The position numbers and the translations under genes were made by a program. A DNA stretch of 64,000 nucleotides from Albugo candida (lineage: Eukaryota): the NCBI GenBank assembly GCA_040437565.1, contig JBDOQK010000055.1:1-64000 (forward strand), given 5' to 3'. The notes beneath the pieces are model-generated. The model was not told the origin of the DNA. It saw only the letters and a program-made list of their open reading frames with translations, and searched no databases. This document shows, in pieces, positions 1-13,391 of this stretch (positions are counted from its first letter, which is position 1; each line of letters opens with the position of its first letter).

Positions 1-19
1 AAAAAATGTGAGGCACACG

Positions 20-332
20 CAACCTTTTACGGGTTTTTAACGTGGCTCGCTGCGTTGTACTCAAGGAATTTTGGACAGAACAAAACAACAACATCTTTGG
101 GACCAACTCTGCCAGCAGCACTCATGACAAAAAAACACCGGAGTCTCAGTCACTCGACAAGCGACTTATCAGATCATACCTCACATTCACCTTGTTGGAC
201 GAATTGATTCATTACCTCCGCGGCTCACAGATTTGGGTAACAGATACCGATATAAATCAATTTTCTTGCTTCAACATCCCACCCATACAAGCTCTTATCA
301 GACAACTCCTCAAACTTGCCGTGCTAAGCTAA
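20..332 (+). mobile_element. Possible degenerate C-terminal fragment of an L1/Tx1-like LINE ORF2
   Basis: VARCVVLKEFWTEQNNNIF resembles the 'R..VL..IW..RN..IF' C-terminal motif of L1-type ORF2; short and at the window edge. Confidence 0.3.
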
Positions 333-1740
333 TGCTCCCATTTGTTTGAGACCGTTCTTTGCAAGCTGAACGGACTCGTAGGCTCATTCACATGTGAGAA
401 CCGATAAATCATAAACAGAAAGTAAGAATCGTGGAATTATTTATTGCTTTTATGAATATTCTTTCTATTTAAAAGTTACCACAAATCATCTCTACTTTGC
501 TTGAAATTTCGCCGGTGAGAGCTTTATCAAGATATAATCCCTCAGTGAGCCTGAAAAATCTTGTCAGACTACCTTCCATCTTACTTCATGATGCTGATTC
601 TTTCTTCACTTTTTTGGCTTTCTGTACTTCTACCTTCCGGATTGATCGAAACATACCGAATGTACTCAAATCTTCTATCGGATACCACAAATGAACGGTC
701 ATTACCACATGAATCCAAGATCGCAGCGATTCAGAATTTTTTTCCTGGTTTCTGTGGATTTAGTCGGATGGAGTAGTCTGACATCAAAACAGCTCATTCG
801 TGGAGAGCCAGTATATTAATGAAATACTCTAGAACAGTGCAGCGGATTCTTTTATATCACACGTATGTAGTGACGCAAAAATGTGAAGGCTACTAGTGAA
901 CGCAGCACCAATCCATAGAATCAAAGAACTTCTTTTACATTATGCTAGGCAAGAAGAACTTTTCTTATGCCTTCTGGTATAACAACCTATATAGCAATTA
1001 GTAACAACAAACTCGCCGGGATGAACGTCTCATCCGCCCACACTCTTTGTTGACGTGAGGATTATACCTCCGATACAAGTTGAGACCAATGATCTTTGTA
1101 GTCTTTACTATTAATGTGATGTGCGTTGGACGTTAAGGAGTCTGTTTGATAAAGCGTTAAAAACGCTTCTCGTTGGGATTGATTGTCCGCGCATAGACGA
1201 AGTGCAGCAAAACTGGAGCATACAACGTGACACTGCGAGGACCGTGTAGCCTCTACCGAAAGTGGGGTCATGTGTATACAATCATGTTCGATCTGTTGAA
1301 GCACGGACGGCGTATTGCTGCGATGATAATCCCAGCACCATTTTTGTCCGTAGATATTTAGAAGTTTGTGTTCGTGCAAACAGGTGTCCACAACTATATA
1401 GAGAATGATCGACTTCCTGGAGACGATCGGAGCATCTGAATTTAGTTTTCTGACAAAGTGATCTGGTGCTCCGTATGAAGTTGCTGATAACTATAGCTAG
1501 AGTAATGCTACAGGCCGTTGGTATCGGTATCAAGGCTGTTCAAGTTCAATGGAGACTATTGCTGACTGAGTTGAGAGATGTGAACCATGTTGGAGTTTTG
1601 ATCTACTGCTTGCCCGGATCTGATTGTCTGGATGGTATCTATGAATGGATAAAGTGGTTTCATATTTCTACAATCCGGTACTTCATGTCAACCATTCCAT
1701 CGCAATGACGGTGCAGTCTGGTAGTAGAAATAGCATATTA

Positions 1741-1984
1741 TGGGTCCGTACCCAGATCAGTCGGTTAAGCACTTGAGCGCACGGACCCCGTGCCGGATGT
1801 CGTCAGTTCGATCCCCGGCAGTATGGGCAGCGGTTCGAGCCCACCCAAGCAAAAAGCTTGGAAAATATCTGCCTCCCCAGGTTTGAAGTCAGACTCAAGC
1901 GATATTCACACGGTCAGGGGCTCATGATAGGATAAGGAAGGTAGTTAAAGAACCAGATAAACAGTGTAATGAAATCCTTGACAA
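1741..1984 (+). mobile_element. Pol III/tRNA-derived SINE-like element, copy 1
   Basis: A-box-like CAGATCAGTCGG; B-boxes GTTCGATCCC (1806-1815) and GGTTCGAGCCC (1832-1842); five further copies in the window. Confidence 0.8.
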
Positions 1985-2551
1985 AGTACGTGATGGGGCA
2001 CCTAGGAGACAGATCGAAGCGCTTGTGCAATAGAAGAGTCAACGTGAGGAAAGCAATCCCTTATATTGCTTAAAATGATATTGTAACCAACAGCGACAAA
2101 ACGTCATAACGACTCAAAAAGAAATTCCCTAGACAGCTTCATTTCAGCCTTAGCCGCGCCAGCTTCGCCTACCCCGAGAAGCATATTTCAGACTAATGCG
2201 CTTCAATCGTGCAATATGAAAGGACGTTGATCAAAGTGCCTTCTCCGATGGTAATTCTACTCATGCCGATCGTGCCTTCACGAGAATATGCAAGCTTTTA
2301 TTGTTATACGACTTAAAACAGACTACCTCAGCGTTGTAGAAGATGAGTCGACCTAATGCTTCTCATGTTAAAATGTAGCAGGCGTGCATGTCGAAAAAGG
2401 CTTGGAGCAATGGCTCGACGTTATTCTGCAATAGATGCCACATGATCTGATGTCATGTGTTTTAGTTGTGGGGCAAGTCGGGGATTCTTATGTGTGTAGG
2501 ATCTCATTTTTCCCCATTCTCATTCAAATATGGTGACACTCTTCTCAGCGC

Positions 2552-3110
2552 ATGATTCATCCTCTGGAACCATGTCTTAGTATCTCCAACACGGCTCGAC
2601 TCGAGGAATGTGCAGTACCACTCGTTTTCGTTCCAGCCCCTGACAGCGATGTCGGTGTTTTCGATCTCAGTATGGGCGCTCGTCGTGTGATATTCCGGAA
2701 TCTACATGCAAAATTCACTGAAGTAGAAGCATGTGAATGTCCTTCAATCATTCACATTGAATATTCCCACCGAGAACGATCATTCTCACAATTCTTCTTG
2801 GAATTGGTGAAATTGTGGCCGCATTTGAAGACATTGCGACGCCACTTATGAGCGAGGAATACAGCGTGGGTGCGATTTTATGTCCTGGAAACCATTTACA
2901 CAATATCAGCGATGCGATCATCACTGGCGGAGAAGATGGAAATACAATATTGGGATCTTCGTAATGGGAAACACACATTCACAGTTTTTGGCGAGAGTCA
3001 GTCGACATTTCTTACGACAATTTAACCGCTTCCAACAATTAGTGGCGCATCACTAACACATTTGGAACGCAACGGAAGGAGAATTCTTGCACGAATTCTC
3101 GGAAGGATAA
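2552..3110 (+). pseudogene. Degenerate WD40-repeat gene fragment
   Basis: Manual translation gives GEIVAAFED...AIITGGEDGN, a frameshift, then QYWDLRNGK, and later IWNATEGEFLHEF; interrupted by stops and frameshifts. Confidence 0.4.
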
Positions 3111-3449
3111 ATGGGAAAGCGATGGATCCATTAGTGGACGCACTTGCACGAATGAAGTACAACTGGATCCGTCACAAAGGCTCGAATGGCTTGGAGCAAA
3201 TTAAATCCGAAATTGATTACAATCCGTCAACACTCTTCCTACTTTTCATGTCCACAACCCAAAGGAATCGCAAATTCTGTCGCTATGGAACGACGTGGTC
3301 TCCTTACTCCATCTACCGCAGATATAGATTGCAATTTGGATCTTACTTAGATTGATCTCAATGGTCCCATACTCGTACCAGTGCTAGTGATAGACTAGTG
3401 TGGAAGTGATGCGAATTGTAAGGTCTCATTAGAGATACAAAGCACAATG

Positions 3450-4724
3450 CTACTTTTGGTCATTCGATAGGATTTGCGACTCGGCCATGTGGACGTATCG
3501 ACCGACAAACCTTTCTGATTCGACTTTTTCGGCGACAAGACGTGCGATCTCATTGCTTGGAATCAGATGAGAAGCGTCCGTATGCGCGATATCGACTTGT
3601 TTCTTGGAGAGTAACGTCAATTGCGTCTGAAGGGATTCCTTTTGTGTCATGGTATCTTCCAGCTTTCTTTTCAACGATTCATTCTCGAGATGAAGGTGAC
3701 CGACTGCCACCGACGCGGTCTTGAGCTGTTCTTCCTTTTCCAGTATTGCGTTATGGCTTTGTGCGAGATCCATCTTAAGCTTCGTTGCATTCATTTCACT
3801 GAGAGATTGCTTCAATACCTTTACTAGTTTGTTCAATTGTGTCCATTGCGTTTGGAGGAAGAGAATCGTTTCATTTGGGGCTTTCAATTTGGATTCCAAC
3901 TCGTTTATCGCTTGAGAACGTTCGATTTCCATTGCCTGGATTTGGCTATTTAGCGTAAGGATTTGCTCGTTCAAAGCTTTCTTTTCGGTTTCATGGAGAT
4001 ACGATACCTCTTGCCAGTTGATTGCTTGCTGCATCAAGAAATCCTCGTAGTCTTTTTGCGTCTCACAGAGATTCTGATGGATTGCATCGCGTTCTTCTTG
4101 GAGACGATGCTGATGTTCCATGATGCAATTCCGCTCCACTGCGAGGATCAGATTCTCCATCACCGAGTGTGTTTCGACATTGTGCTGCGTTTCGATCCAT
4201 GTTTGGGTGCAGGCGGTAATCGCTTGCTGCAATGCCACGCTCTCCGATGCGAATTGCTGGATGGAAAATCTTTCCGTGGAAATGAAGGATTTCTCGACTT
4301 GAAGTTGAAGCGGTTGGAGCTGATCGGTGTACTGATTCTGAGTCCGGATGAGTTCTCCTTTCTGATAACGGTACATTCGTGTGACATCTTCTTCGACATG
4401 ACAAAAGCATTGTTGTTCAGATTTGATTTGTGAGTGTAATTGTAATTGTACTCTTTCGAGGTGCCTTGTTGATCTTCTGAGTTGAGCGTTCTCGTTGCGT
4501 AAGAGTTCATTACTGATTTGGAGGGTTTCTATTTTCATCTGCTTGGATGTGACTGGAGGAGAGGCGTTTGTTTCTAATTGCTCGAATGAAGAGCGATTTC
4601 GTTTACTGCCCGATGCAGGAATCAATTTGTCGATCTTGGCGGTGTGCTTACGCAGACGATCGCAATTTTCTTTGATGGTGTGGTTCATTCTATGCATGTG
4701 ACTATGTGCTTGCATACGAAACAT
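3450..4724 (-). CDS. Hypothetical long coiled-coil protein (424 aa)
   Basis: Long uninterrupted ATG ORF, Q/E/K/L-rich with heptad character. Confidence 0.75.
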   Translation of the reverse strand: MFRMQAHSHMHRMNHTIKENCDRLRKHTAKIDKLIPASGSKRNRSSFEQLETNASPPVTSKQMKIETLQISNELLRNENAQLRRSTRHLERVQLQLHSQIKSEQQCFCHVEEDVTRMYRYQKGELIRTQNQYTDQLQPLQLQVEKSFISTERFSIQQFASESVALQQAITACTQTWIETQHNVETHSVMENLILAVERNCIMEHQHRLQEERDAIHQNLCETQKDYEDFLMQQAINWQEVSYLHETEKKALNEQILTLNSQIQAMEIERSQAINELESKLKAPNETILFLQTQWTQLNKLVKVLKQSLSEMNATKLKMDLAQSHNAILEKEEQLKTASVAVGHLHLENESLKRKLEDTMTQKESLQTQLTLLSKKQVDIAHTDASHLIPSNEIARLVAEKVESERFVGRYVHMAESQILSNDQK

Positions 4725-5569
4725 GTGTGATTTTCTGATTACTTGATTGGTGAAAAATGGTAATAAAACTTTTATAGTGTGTCGCTAATGTATATATTCA
4801 GGAAATACAAAACTATAAACACGTATATACGCATGATGAATGAAAACACCCGCAAAATAAGCTGATGGCGAAATACTACAGCGAAAAGTAGATGGACACA
4901 TGAAATGGTCTCCCTAATGCGGATGCAACATATGTTTTGGCTTGAGTAGCCGTTCATGAACTGGCTCGGTAGATATCCTGTAGCATAAACTATGAAAAGC
5001 TTGTGCGCTGGCTTGCTAATTATATCTTTGTAAAAGAGGGTCCTATTCTGTAGAGAAGCAAACCCAATGTTTTCGTTAATTCGGTAGACGGAGCGAGCCC
5101 GTATTCTTCACTAAAATTGATAGGACCATCGAGCATAACGGTGGCTTTCCGTCTTGAGAGTTTCTATCGGACACTTTGTGGCCTTTTTGTCAGCCACTAA
5201 GAATAGGATTAATTGATCATTCGGCGTATATATCCTTGACAGTAAAGAGTGTTGCCTCCTTTTCAGATAGATCGCTTGATTTGGTAGACGTATCCGTAGT
5301 AACTTGAACGGAGATCCTCTCAACGGTTGATAAGAGGCTTCCGAGTCTATTTCCATTCCCATTAAATTCACACGATGTTCGCCAGCCATACTTGAGACAA
5401 AAGCAATTAGATACACATCAGCTGAGGCTCTTTTCGGGATTGTCAATTAAGTTGCGTGCATACTGAGACTTGTGTGTGATGGGTACTCCACACTGAAATT
5501 TGCCACCAGTCCATGCTTGCAAAGGACTCGTGAAGGTGATGGTGAAATTCATACTGATAGTTGCAAAAG

Positions 5570-5775
5570 AGGCTTGACGGCTTCATAGGCCTCTTTATTG
5601 GTCAAATAAAGTCCATGAAAGCTTTTTTTTGCTGCAATAAAGCGCTAGACGCTGATTCGCTTTTAACGAGCTTCAGAGGCCTCTTCATTTGTCTAATAGT
5701 CTTTAATACTGTTTATTGGCTGTTAAGCACAACGTCGGACGCGGATTGGCTGTTAACGGACGAGAGGCCTCTACA
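5570..5775. repeat. Degenerate ~90-bp-period repeat (AGGCCTC / ATTGGCTGTTAA motifs), possible DNA-transposon subterminal relic
   Basis: AGGCCTC at 5587, 5677 and 5765; ATTGGCTGTTAA at 5715 and 5745. Confidence 0.45.
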
Positions 5776-8629
5776 TTAGTCTAGTAGAGTCTGGTGTAAT
5801 TCGAAGTCGTACCGTGCGTCTCTTGAATAATAGCATATCTTTATAACAAAGTCATCTGAGCACCTTGTGATTGAGAAAAATAAACCTGCTCGAGAATCGT
5901 CGATCCATCGAAATCACCAGCCCAACTTTTGATACAGTGATGCATGCAGATATTCACGAAGAAGTTCATCCAAATTAAGTAGAATTGGCGGATTCGAGAC
6001 TAGAGACGGACACGTCAAAGAAAGTTTCGAACTTGCAACCAATAGATTACACTATAAAAGACTTCACTAAAAGTGGGAAATCTACACATTAATTTTGTCC
6101 CGTTGCGGCAGTTTCCTCAGCGATTACTTTTATCAGACATCCCAAGCTCACTGCAAAACAATGGAAAGAAAAGGCATCAGCAACTTCGATAGAATCCGGC
6201 CGGCAAGTCTTTATTCGATTAACAGAGATGCAACCTACCAAACATAATGGCTGCGCAATTGAATTACAGTTGCCAATGGAAGGAAGTATTATAGCGCATA
6301 GCATCAACGAGTGACCTTATCAAATCATGCATCTTCGTCTATTGCAGCTTACCCGATCGCAAAATATATTTGTGGAGAAGCTGGAGGCGGCCTGGTAGCG
6401 GATATCCTTGGAAATCAAACTGATGTACCTTATCTGTTTGATTACAATCCGTGCTGTATATATCAGCCTCAACAAGCATTGAGATAATTTTTTTGTGCAC
6501 CCCATTCTGATGATGATCAACTGTGAAATCTAAGCTTACATATTTGCTTTCTCACCGTTGATGCAAGTAGTTGCCACGCAGCAGATCAGATTAAAGGCTC
6601 CTATCAGGATGACGAAAGGATATCAAGATCATGAGCGCACTGGAATACATCGGATTAGTTAAGAAAGACTCGAGTGATGAATAATGCGCTATAAGACAAG
6701 ATGAACGTGTCTCGGCTTAAACTTCCGAAGCAGAGCAATGCTAATGCTAGTCCACATGTCACACACTAGAAATTATTTTCAAATTGGAAGAAGACAAAAG
6801 TGGAGAATCAAAGCTTGGCTAGGGATGAAGCTCTTTACTCGCGGGGAATAACCGTTCCTGAACTTCAAGATCTTTGTACAACTCTTTCATCTGATCTGAA
6901 GGACAGCCGTATAAATGGTGGAGGGTTGACTGCACTAGATGATATGTAGCCTTTGTGTTGATAATTCGTGTTCAGAGTGGAAATTAGTACAACGAGCTTT
7001 GCAGGAAGTCCAAATTTGATTGGTAATCCAAAAATAGCATACACGAAATGAAAGAATTCGATTTTACCTGATGCAACTACGTAGATTCAGATGAATTCTT
7101 GATTGCCCTGAGCGATTACAAAATATGTGATGGCTTCTCGATATGTACCCTATCAATTAAATGTGTATGCAAACGTTGGGCAGTGTTGAACTTCCAACCG
7201 ACTATTTTTGTATTTCAACCCGTTGCTTGCACTCGTCGGTACCGGATTCAGTACCTTGGAAATCATCACTGAGAAAACAGACGGCTGTGATTCTTTGAGT
7301 GATTATTTGCACAACCCCGGACTGCGGCTTTACACAAAGCCAGGTTAGGTATGAGTGCAGAATATGGATAAGTCCTTGTTGTAATGTACTCCCCGTAGCT
7401 TGGGAGAAAAATAGAGGTAAAGCTGAAAAAGGAAATTAACCACGGAGCAGCCTTCACGGTTTGCTAAGAACGTACTGGTAGAAGCTAGGGCAGTTCTCGT
7501 TCGCACCAGTACAAAAAAGTAGGGAAGCAGAATCAAATAATACGCCCACATCTCGAACCGTGTCAAGTTTTCAAATCCTCTACTAGTGCAAATCTAGTTG
7601 ATGCCAGCACTTGCTGTCAGCGATGTCCACATGCTCATTGACATGGAGCTCTTTCCTAAATATGGCACAAAGCTGAAATAAAGCTCCATGATATAATCGA
7701 GTCAATTTTGCGTACACTGATGCTGGTGAGATTGAGAAAACTGAGTACGTTTGTTGTAACTTACTGGTACGATTTGTGTGGTCCTTCCTAATCCACAACA
7801 CCCTTCCGTATCGCGAAATCGGCGATACACTCGTAAAATATCAAGCATTCGGAAGCGGTGACGTAGTGGATCCACGACATGACATTCCAGCCAAAATTCT
7901 CTTGGTGAAGGTCGTGCAGTCTACAAAAGGATCAGTGAGACCAGCATGTAAAGGAAGGTTGATAATGATAGATTTTAATTTGACACCGTTATTTATTGCG
8001 CTGCACACACCTCGATGATGAATAGCTTCAGCAAGCTAAGCACTAAGCACACTTTACAAAGATGCTATTAGTAAACAGCATACAATACATTCAATGAGAA
8101 AGAATGAATAGTTATCTTCTAGATGTTTCGCACGTAACATCTTGGGAACATTGAGTCAGTTAGGCAGAGATACTACGCAGAGATGATCAGCGAGTCGCTG
8201 CACTACTCATAGTAAACGCATATTACTCTCAGTCCTCTGTTAGCATCAAACTGCCAATTTATCCGACGAAGTCCGAAAACATTCAGCAATGCGTAGCGTC
8301 TAAGTGGGGTTTTAGTAGGCATATGAGATCTTGAGAAATATGATCGTCACGAAAAACTTGTTATGGAGGGTAGCATTTTGACAGATCATATGTTGTATCA
8401 TCAACACGGATGGAATTACAATTTGGTGCATGCGTTAGATGTAAGAATGTAATGATCACGAGCCATATTATCTGACGATTTTCTGCTATATGCCCTAGGA
8501 CGCGTTGAGCCTAAAACCTGTGGAGTATTGACATAGAGGAGCTGTATCATATTTGTGACTAATGTTGCAGGGATGGTATCTACCTTGGTTTTGGTTATGG
8601 TACGTCCAGCTGATACACCTATTATGAGT

Positions 8630-9090
8630 GGGTCCCTCATGTAACTGTGAATATCACCAGGAGGGGAACTTCTACACGTCCGTTGAATGCACGATTGATC
8701 AAATACCTTGACCTTTCTTTCGACTTTTCCTGTCCTTTCAATCCATCTAAAAATCGAGTATGGTTCATGTGTTACTTTGATGACTGCATCTTCGGACTGG
8801 ATAAGTTTCTACGCAACTCGTTAAAATAACTCGAATTGCATGCCATTTATATCATCCAATGTTAAATCAACCGCAATTCGTCACCATCCCTTTCAAAGTT
8901 TAGGTACGAAATGTCTCGTTTTTTGTGGCAGATGCCACCCACCAAGCCAATCCTGGCTGCAAATGAACCGATTGCAAGTACTTAAACCATCAAACCAGTC
9001 ATTATTTCCAGGGATTGTGAAAGCATAATCGCCATCATATATTCGAAAGAGGGCGTTGTTGCGACTGCTGATACATCTTTTTCGCTCCAT
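8630..9090 (-). pseudogene. Calcineurin-like metallophosphoesterase pseudogene fragment
   Basis: AFTIPGNNDWFDGL...WLGGWHLPQK...KL*KGW*RIAVDL...DAVIKVTHEP...GDIHSYMR matches the GNHDWFDGL/THEP/GDLHHYMR motif series; several in-frame stops and frameshifts. Confidence 0.8.
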
Positions 9091-12000
9091 GATAGAGAGT
9101 TAATCAAATTTTACAAGCGCATACTGCTGTCAAGTCTCAAAAAGACTGGAGCTTCATCACATATTCGAAGACGCTCTAGCATCTCGACTGATCACGAACA
9201 TTGCATAAGACACTAGGATGAGACAGAGACCACACTTTTTACTTCATATATTGACGCATTCGGATGCGGTTACTCAAGATCTTCACCAACAATGAGACTA
9301 CTCCTCGAGTAAACATGTGCGTGTCAGCACGCTGTTTCTATTGCTTTTCGTCCTTGCAGCAGTTTGACGAGCACGAAGCTAAATTTCTTAATTGTATTCT
9401 TGATATTTTTAAAAAACATAAATTATTTTTTTTTAATTTATACCAAAATTCAATCTATTCAACGTAGAAAAGGTCCAAATGTTGTAGGAATTTTTGGTTT
9501 ATTACAATCTACTTCTAACACTGGCTGAGCAAGGAATCTTGCCACCTGATATGAATTGCAAATTCGTCCAGACAATTCAAAACAAAATCGCACCAAACTT
9601 CATCACGCGATGCCAAGTGATCGATATAATACTTTCTATTGTGGTGTTTTGTTTCGCGCAGCTAAGTTTAATGCCGGACTTACAGTAGTTGCGTAGCATG
9701 CTAATTACGTCAGCGCGTTACATTCCGAACCTAGTATATTAATTTTGTGTTTGCTCGACTATGGCCTCATCAACGATGTAGCAAACAATCTCACCATCCC
9801 AGGATCACATCGTCTCCAATCAACAAGAAGATCATCAGCGAACATTCTCACTTGTATCTCGAAGTTTATTTGATATGGATGAACAAAAAGTGACACAGTG
9901 TTTCCTCGAAACTCGAATGGTGCCAAGCTTATCATCCAAGACGGTTCCAACACCACGAGAGAATCTTACATTCCTTCAGTAACCACTCTGACATATTGAT
10001 TCGAGAGGCACAAACTGCAGATTCAACAACGGTGTTGAGAGAGCTATTAGCGTAGTATTTCACAAGGCAAACAGTCTCTACAGTCAGTGCGAGGACATCG
10101 CCGCTAAAATTTGATGACTTTGCAATTTAATTTGGGTCGCAGATTGCTCCCCATTGCGCCATTTTGCGTTTTAAAAAAAAACCACTCTCGGTAATCCATT
10201 AGGCTATAATTGGGTGCGTACTGCACATCTCATTCATCGAATGCGACAGTCAATTCCATAGTATCCCAACGATGCAACCACACGAAATAAGTCTGTTTAT
10301 GGAATATATAGAGCTTCGAAATCCTCAAACCAGAGTGGTTATCATTAGTTTTTTGCTCATGCCGACAATCTAATCCTTGTTTTGCATGGTCTCCGTGTTT
10401 CGTTGTATTTTTGTGTTTTTAAGAGCCAGTTATTCGAAAGAAACAATAAAGGCATGAGTAAGTGATCCATTATGACATCCATTATACGCTCCATAATATT
10501 CCAAAATCCAAAACCAACGACATTCCACTTGCTTCCCACTGTGAGTTGAGCTGGCGTATGGCATTCACACAGGTAGGAGTCGTTTGCGAGTATTTTCGTC
10601 TTCTAAACTGTCCGAGATAGACATTGCTCGCTTTCCTGGCGCAAGAGATTGTGATGAACGACTTCATACGTGCTAACTGTATCCTCTGGTATGCAAAAGA
10701 TGCCACAGCGACTCATTACCAAATAGAGTTGCATTTTGGACAGACTCTGTCTTCATGAAGATCCCAGTCATTCGAACGAATACGACGCTCTTGTCAAGAA
10801 ATAGTCAAACACCCAAATGCCATTTAGCACCGTGTCCAGAGCTACGAGGGATGCAGCAACCACATCAACATTCAACATGATTCGATGACATTTTATCACA
10901 TTCACAGCAAATGCTCTTTAGAATCTGGCTGTGAATCGATGGAAACACATTATCTATCTGCTCTTGTGGAGTATTGTCTGATGAACCGTACAAGTGTTTC
11001 TTTGGTTTTGATCGATAACGTGACATCTACTTTTCATTCTGTAGTTGGCTTCCAATAATGCAGAAAAAACCTTCTCAAGCTCTCCTTTCAACATTTTCCG
11101 AGGGCCCCATCAGCATCAATTACACCGTGCTGGGGATTTTGTTGGAGCTGAAATGGCTTGAGAATGGAGGGCTCATGTATGACGAAATGACGTAATCGAG
11201 GTACTCGTACGTCAGTATGTTGTGGTGTAATGTCTGAGAGTGTACTCTCTCTATGTTGAGGAACACGCCATTCAAAAGCGTCCCCACAGAATCTTTAGCG
11301 CTGACGACCAGTTTCTTGAATATCGTATCATTGATGAATTCTTAAAGTACTGGTCGCCACCACTTTGCCTTCCGAATGTCGAGCGCTAATGGAAATTATA
11401 TCAATCACAACATGCAGCATTGTACGGCAGCTGTCTGGACAATTGATACTCGCAGAGTTAAAGCAACAGCACAGCTCTTGCTTCAAGACTCTGTACAAGT
11501 GAATGTACCGAAAGAAACGCTTAAATGCGCGAACAAATACCGTTCAGATACGGCCATTTAGACAATTGCGAAAAAGCTGCTCAAGTTATAACTCATCTTG
11601 CATCGCTTAAATTCATGTTCGGCAAATTTGCTCACATTCGCATGAAGCGTCATTTTCTTCACAAGCAATTCACTCACTATCGATATCGTTTCGAATGTGT
11701 CGATCTCAATCATTCTTACTTGGCTTCCATTAGAGGAACTTCGCTTTGTATTGCGTAAATTTGATGTTAGACTCACGATAGCACCCCCGTGACATAGCTA
11801 TACGAAGTTGCGTATCACTGCTTGGTACGAAGTGCTCATCATAATTAATCATCATAATTGATCATTACAATTGCAAACCGCGAGAAAGAAAGCAAATAGA
11901 CTCTTCAATACTTTTGCAGACTCTGTCTCACCCGTTCTTGCTGGACCGAATGAATTTTCTCCATGGTCAATCAATGTCGAGTGCTTGTGTAACTGTCGAT

Positions 12001-12599
12001 TTTTGGGTCAATGACTCTATGAAAGATCTTTCCTCAACATTCAAATGCTCGAATACGTATGGAAAAAGCGGCATATGAGATTTTCAGAATCAGCCTTTTG
12101 CATACTTCTCGATCGGTTTAAGAGGAAGGTAGCAGCGTATTTGATGTATACATCCAAAGTCCTGCCGTGTGTGACCCGAGTTTGTGGTAACCTGATCGAT
12201 CCAAGAAGCATATGTGTCAAAACAAATAGAGCTTAAGGTTATGTGCGGGAAACAAACAATAAAATTGACGAATTCGCAGGGTACTCTCTAAAATCAAAGC
12301 AGTAAAGAATTGTTCTGGCTAACAGTGTCCGAGTAGCTCAACTACTAATTTATACAGAAAAATATGCTTGTATTCGAATACGTGTTATCTCTTTGTTCTA
12401 GCATTTCGCACAGAATGCTAGATAAGACTTAGCGAAATGTTTTCTACACCTGTTTCTCCAGCAGTTTGTCCGACTTCGGCTACATAATACTTTTTAATGG
12501 ATTACCCTCGTGCAACAATGTTCGAACATTTCGGATACAATTATTTCAACCCATCAGATACGAAACCGAATAAAACCATCTGAACATTTTCTTTATTCA

Positions 12600-13391
12600 A
12601 AATCTAGTAGAAAACTACAAATAACCAGTAATATTACTATAACAAAAAGCAGTCCAATAACTCACTTACTTTAAATCTAGTAGAAACTTGAAATAATCAG
12701 TAATATTATCATGATATCAAGTAGATAACTAAAAAAATAGTAATATTACTGTAATATAAAGCAGTCTGATTACTCACTTACTTTGAATCTATCCTAATCA
12801 GATATATTACCGTAATAAAAAGGAGTCTGATAACTCACTTTAAATTTAGTAGAAAACTATAAATAGTCAGTAATGTTACCATAATATAAAGCAGTCTAAT
12901 AACTTACCTATTTGAATCTAGTAGAAAACTAGAAATAATTAAAAATATTACTGTAATATAAAGCAGTCTGATAACTCACTTACTATAAATCTACCCTAAT
13001 CAGAAATAATATTTTAATAAAAAGCAGTGTAATAACTCACTTACTTCAAATCTAGAAAACTAGAAATAATCAGTAATATTAGCATAATAAAAAGCAGTCT
13101 TATCACTCACTACTTTAAATCTAGTAGAAAAATAGAAATAAGCAGTAATATTACTATAATAAATAACAGTCTAATAGCTCACTTGCTTTAAATCTAGTAG
13201 AAAACTACAAATAATCAAGTAATATTAGTATAATAAAAAGCAGTCTAATATCTCACTACGTTAAATCTAGTTGAGAATCAGTATTCTTACTATAATATAA
13301 AGCAGTCCAATAGCTCACTTTCTTTAAATCTAGTAGAGAACTAGAAATAATCAGTAATTTAACTATAATAAAAGTAGTCTAATAACTCATT
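12600..13391. repeat. AT-rich minisatellite, ~12 units of ~73 bp with ~56-63 bp short variants
   Basis: Approximate consensus AAATCTAGTAGAAAACTAGAAATAATCAGTAATATTACTATAATAAAAAGCAGTCTAATAACTCACTTACTTT; contains the 12-bp palindrome AGTAATATTACT. Confidence 0.92.

Noticed and set aside
1741..1845. Functional tRNA gene
   Set aside because: A/B boxes are present but there is no cloverleaf, anticodon arm or T-run terminator; it is embedded in a dispersed ~245-bp repeat
1915..1984. Hammerhead ribozyme in the SINE tail (CTCATGA...GAAA)
   Set aside because: The core reads CTCATGA rather than CTGANGA, and these bases pair within a simple stem
12600..13391. CRISPR-like array
   Set aside because: The units are contiguous degenerate tandem repeats with no unique spacers, there are no cas genes, and the context is eukaryotic
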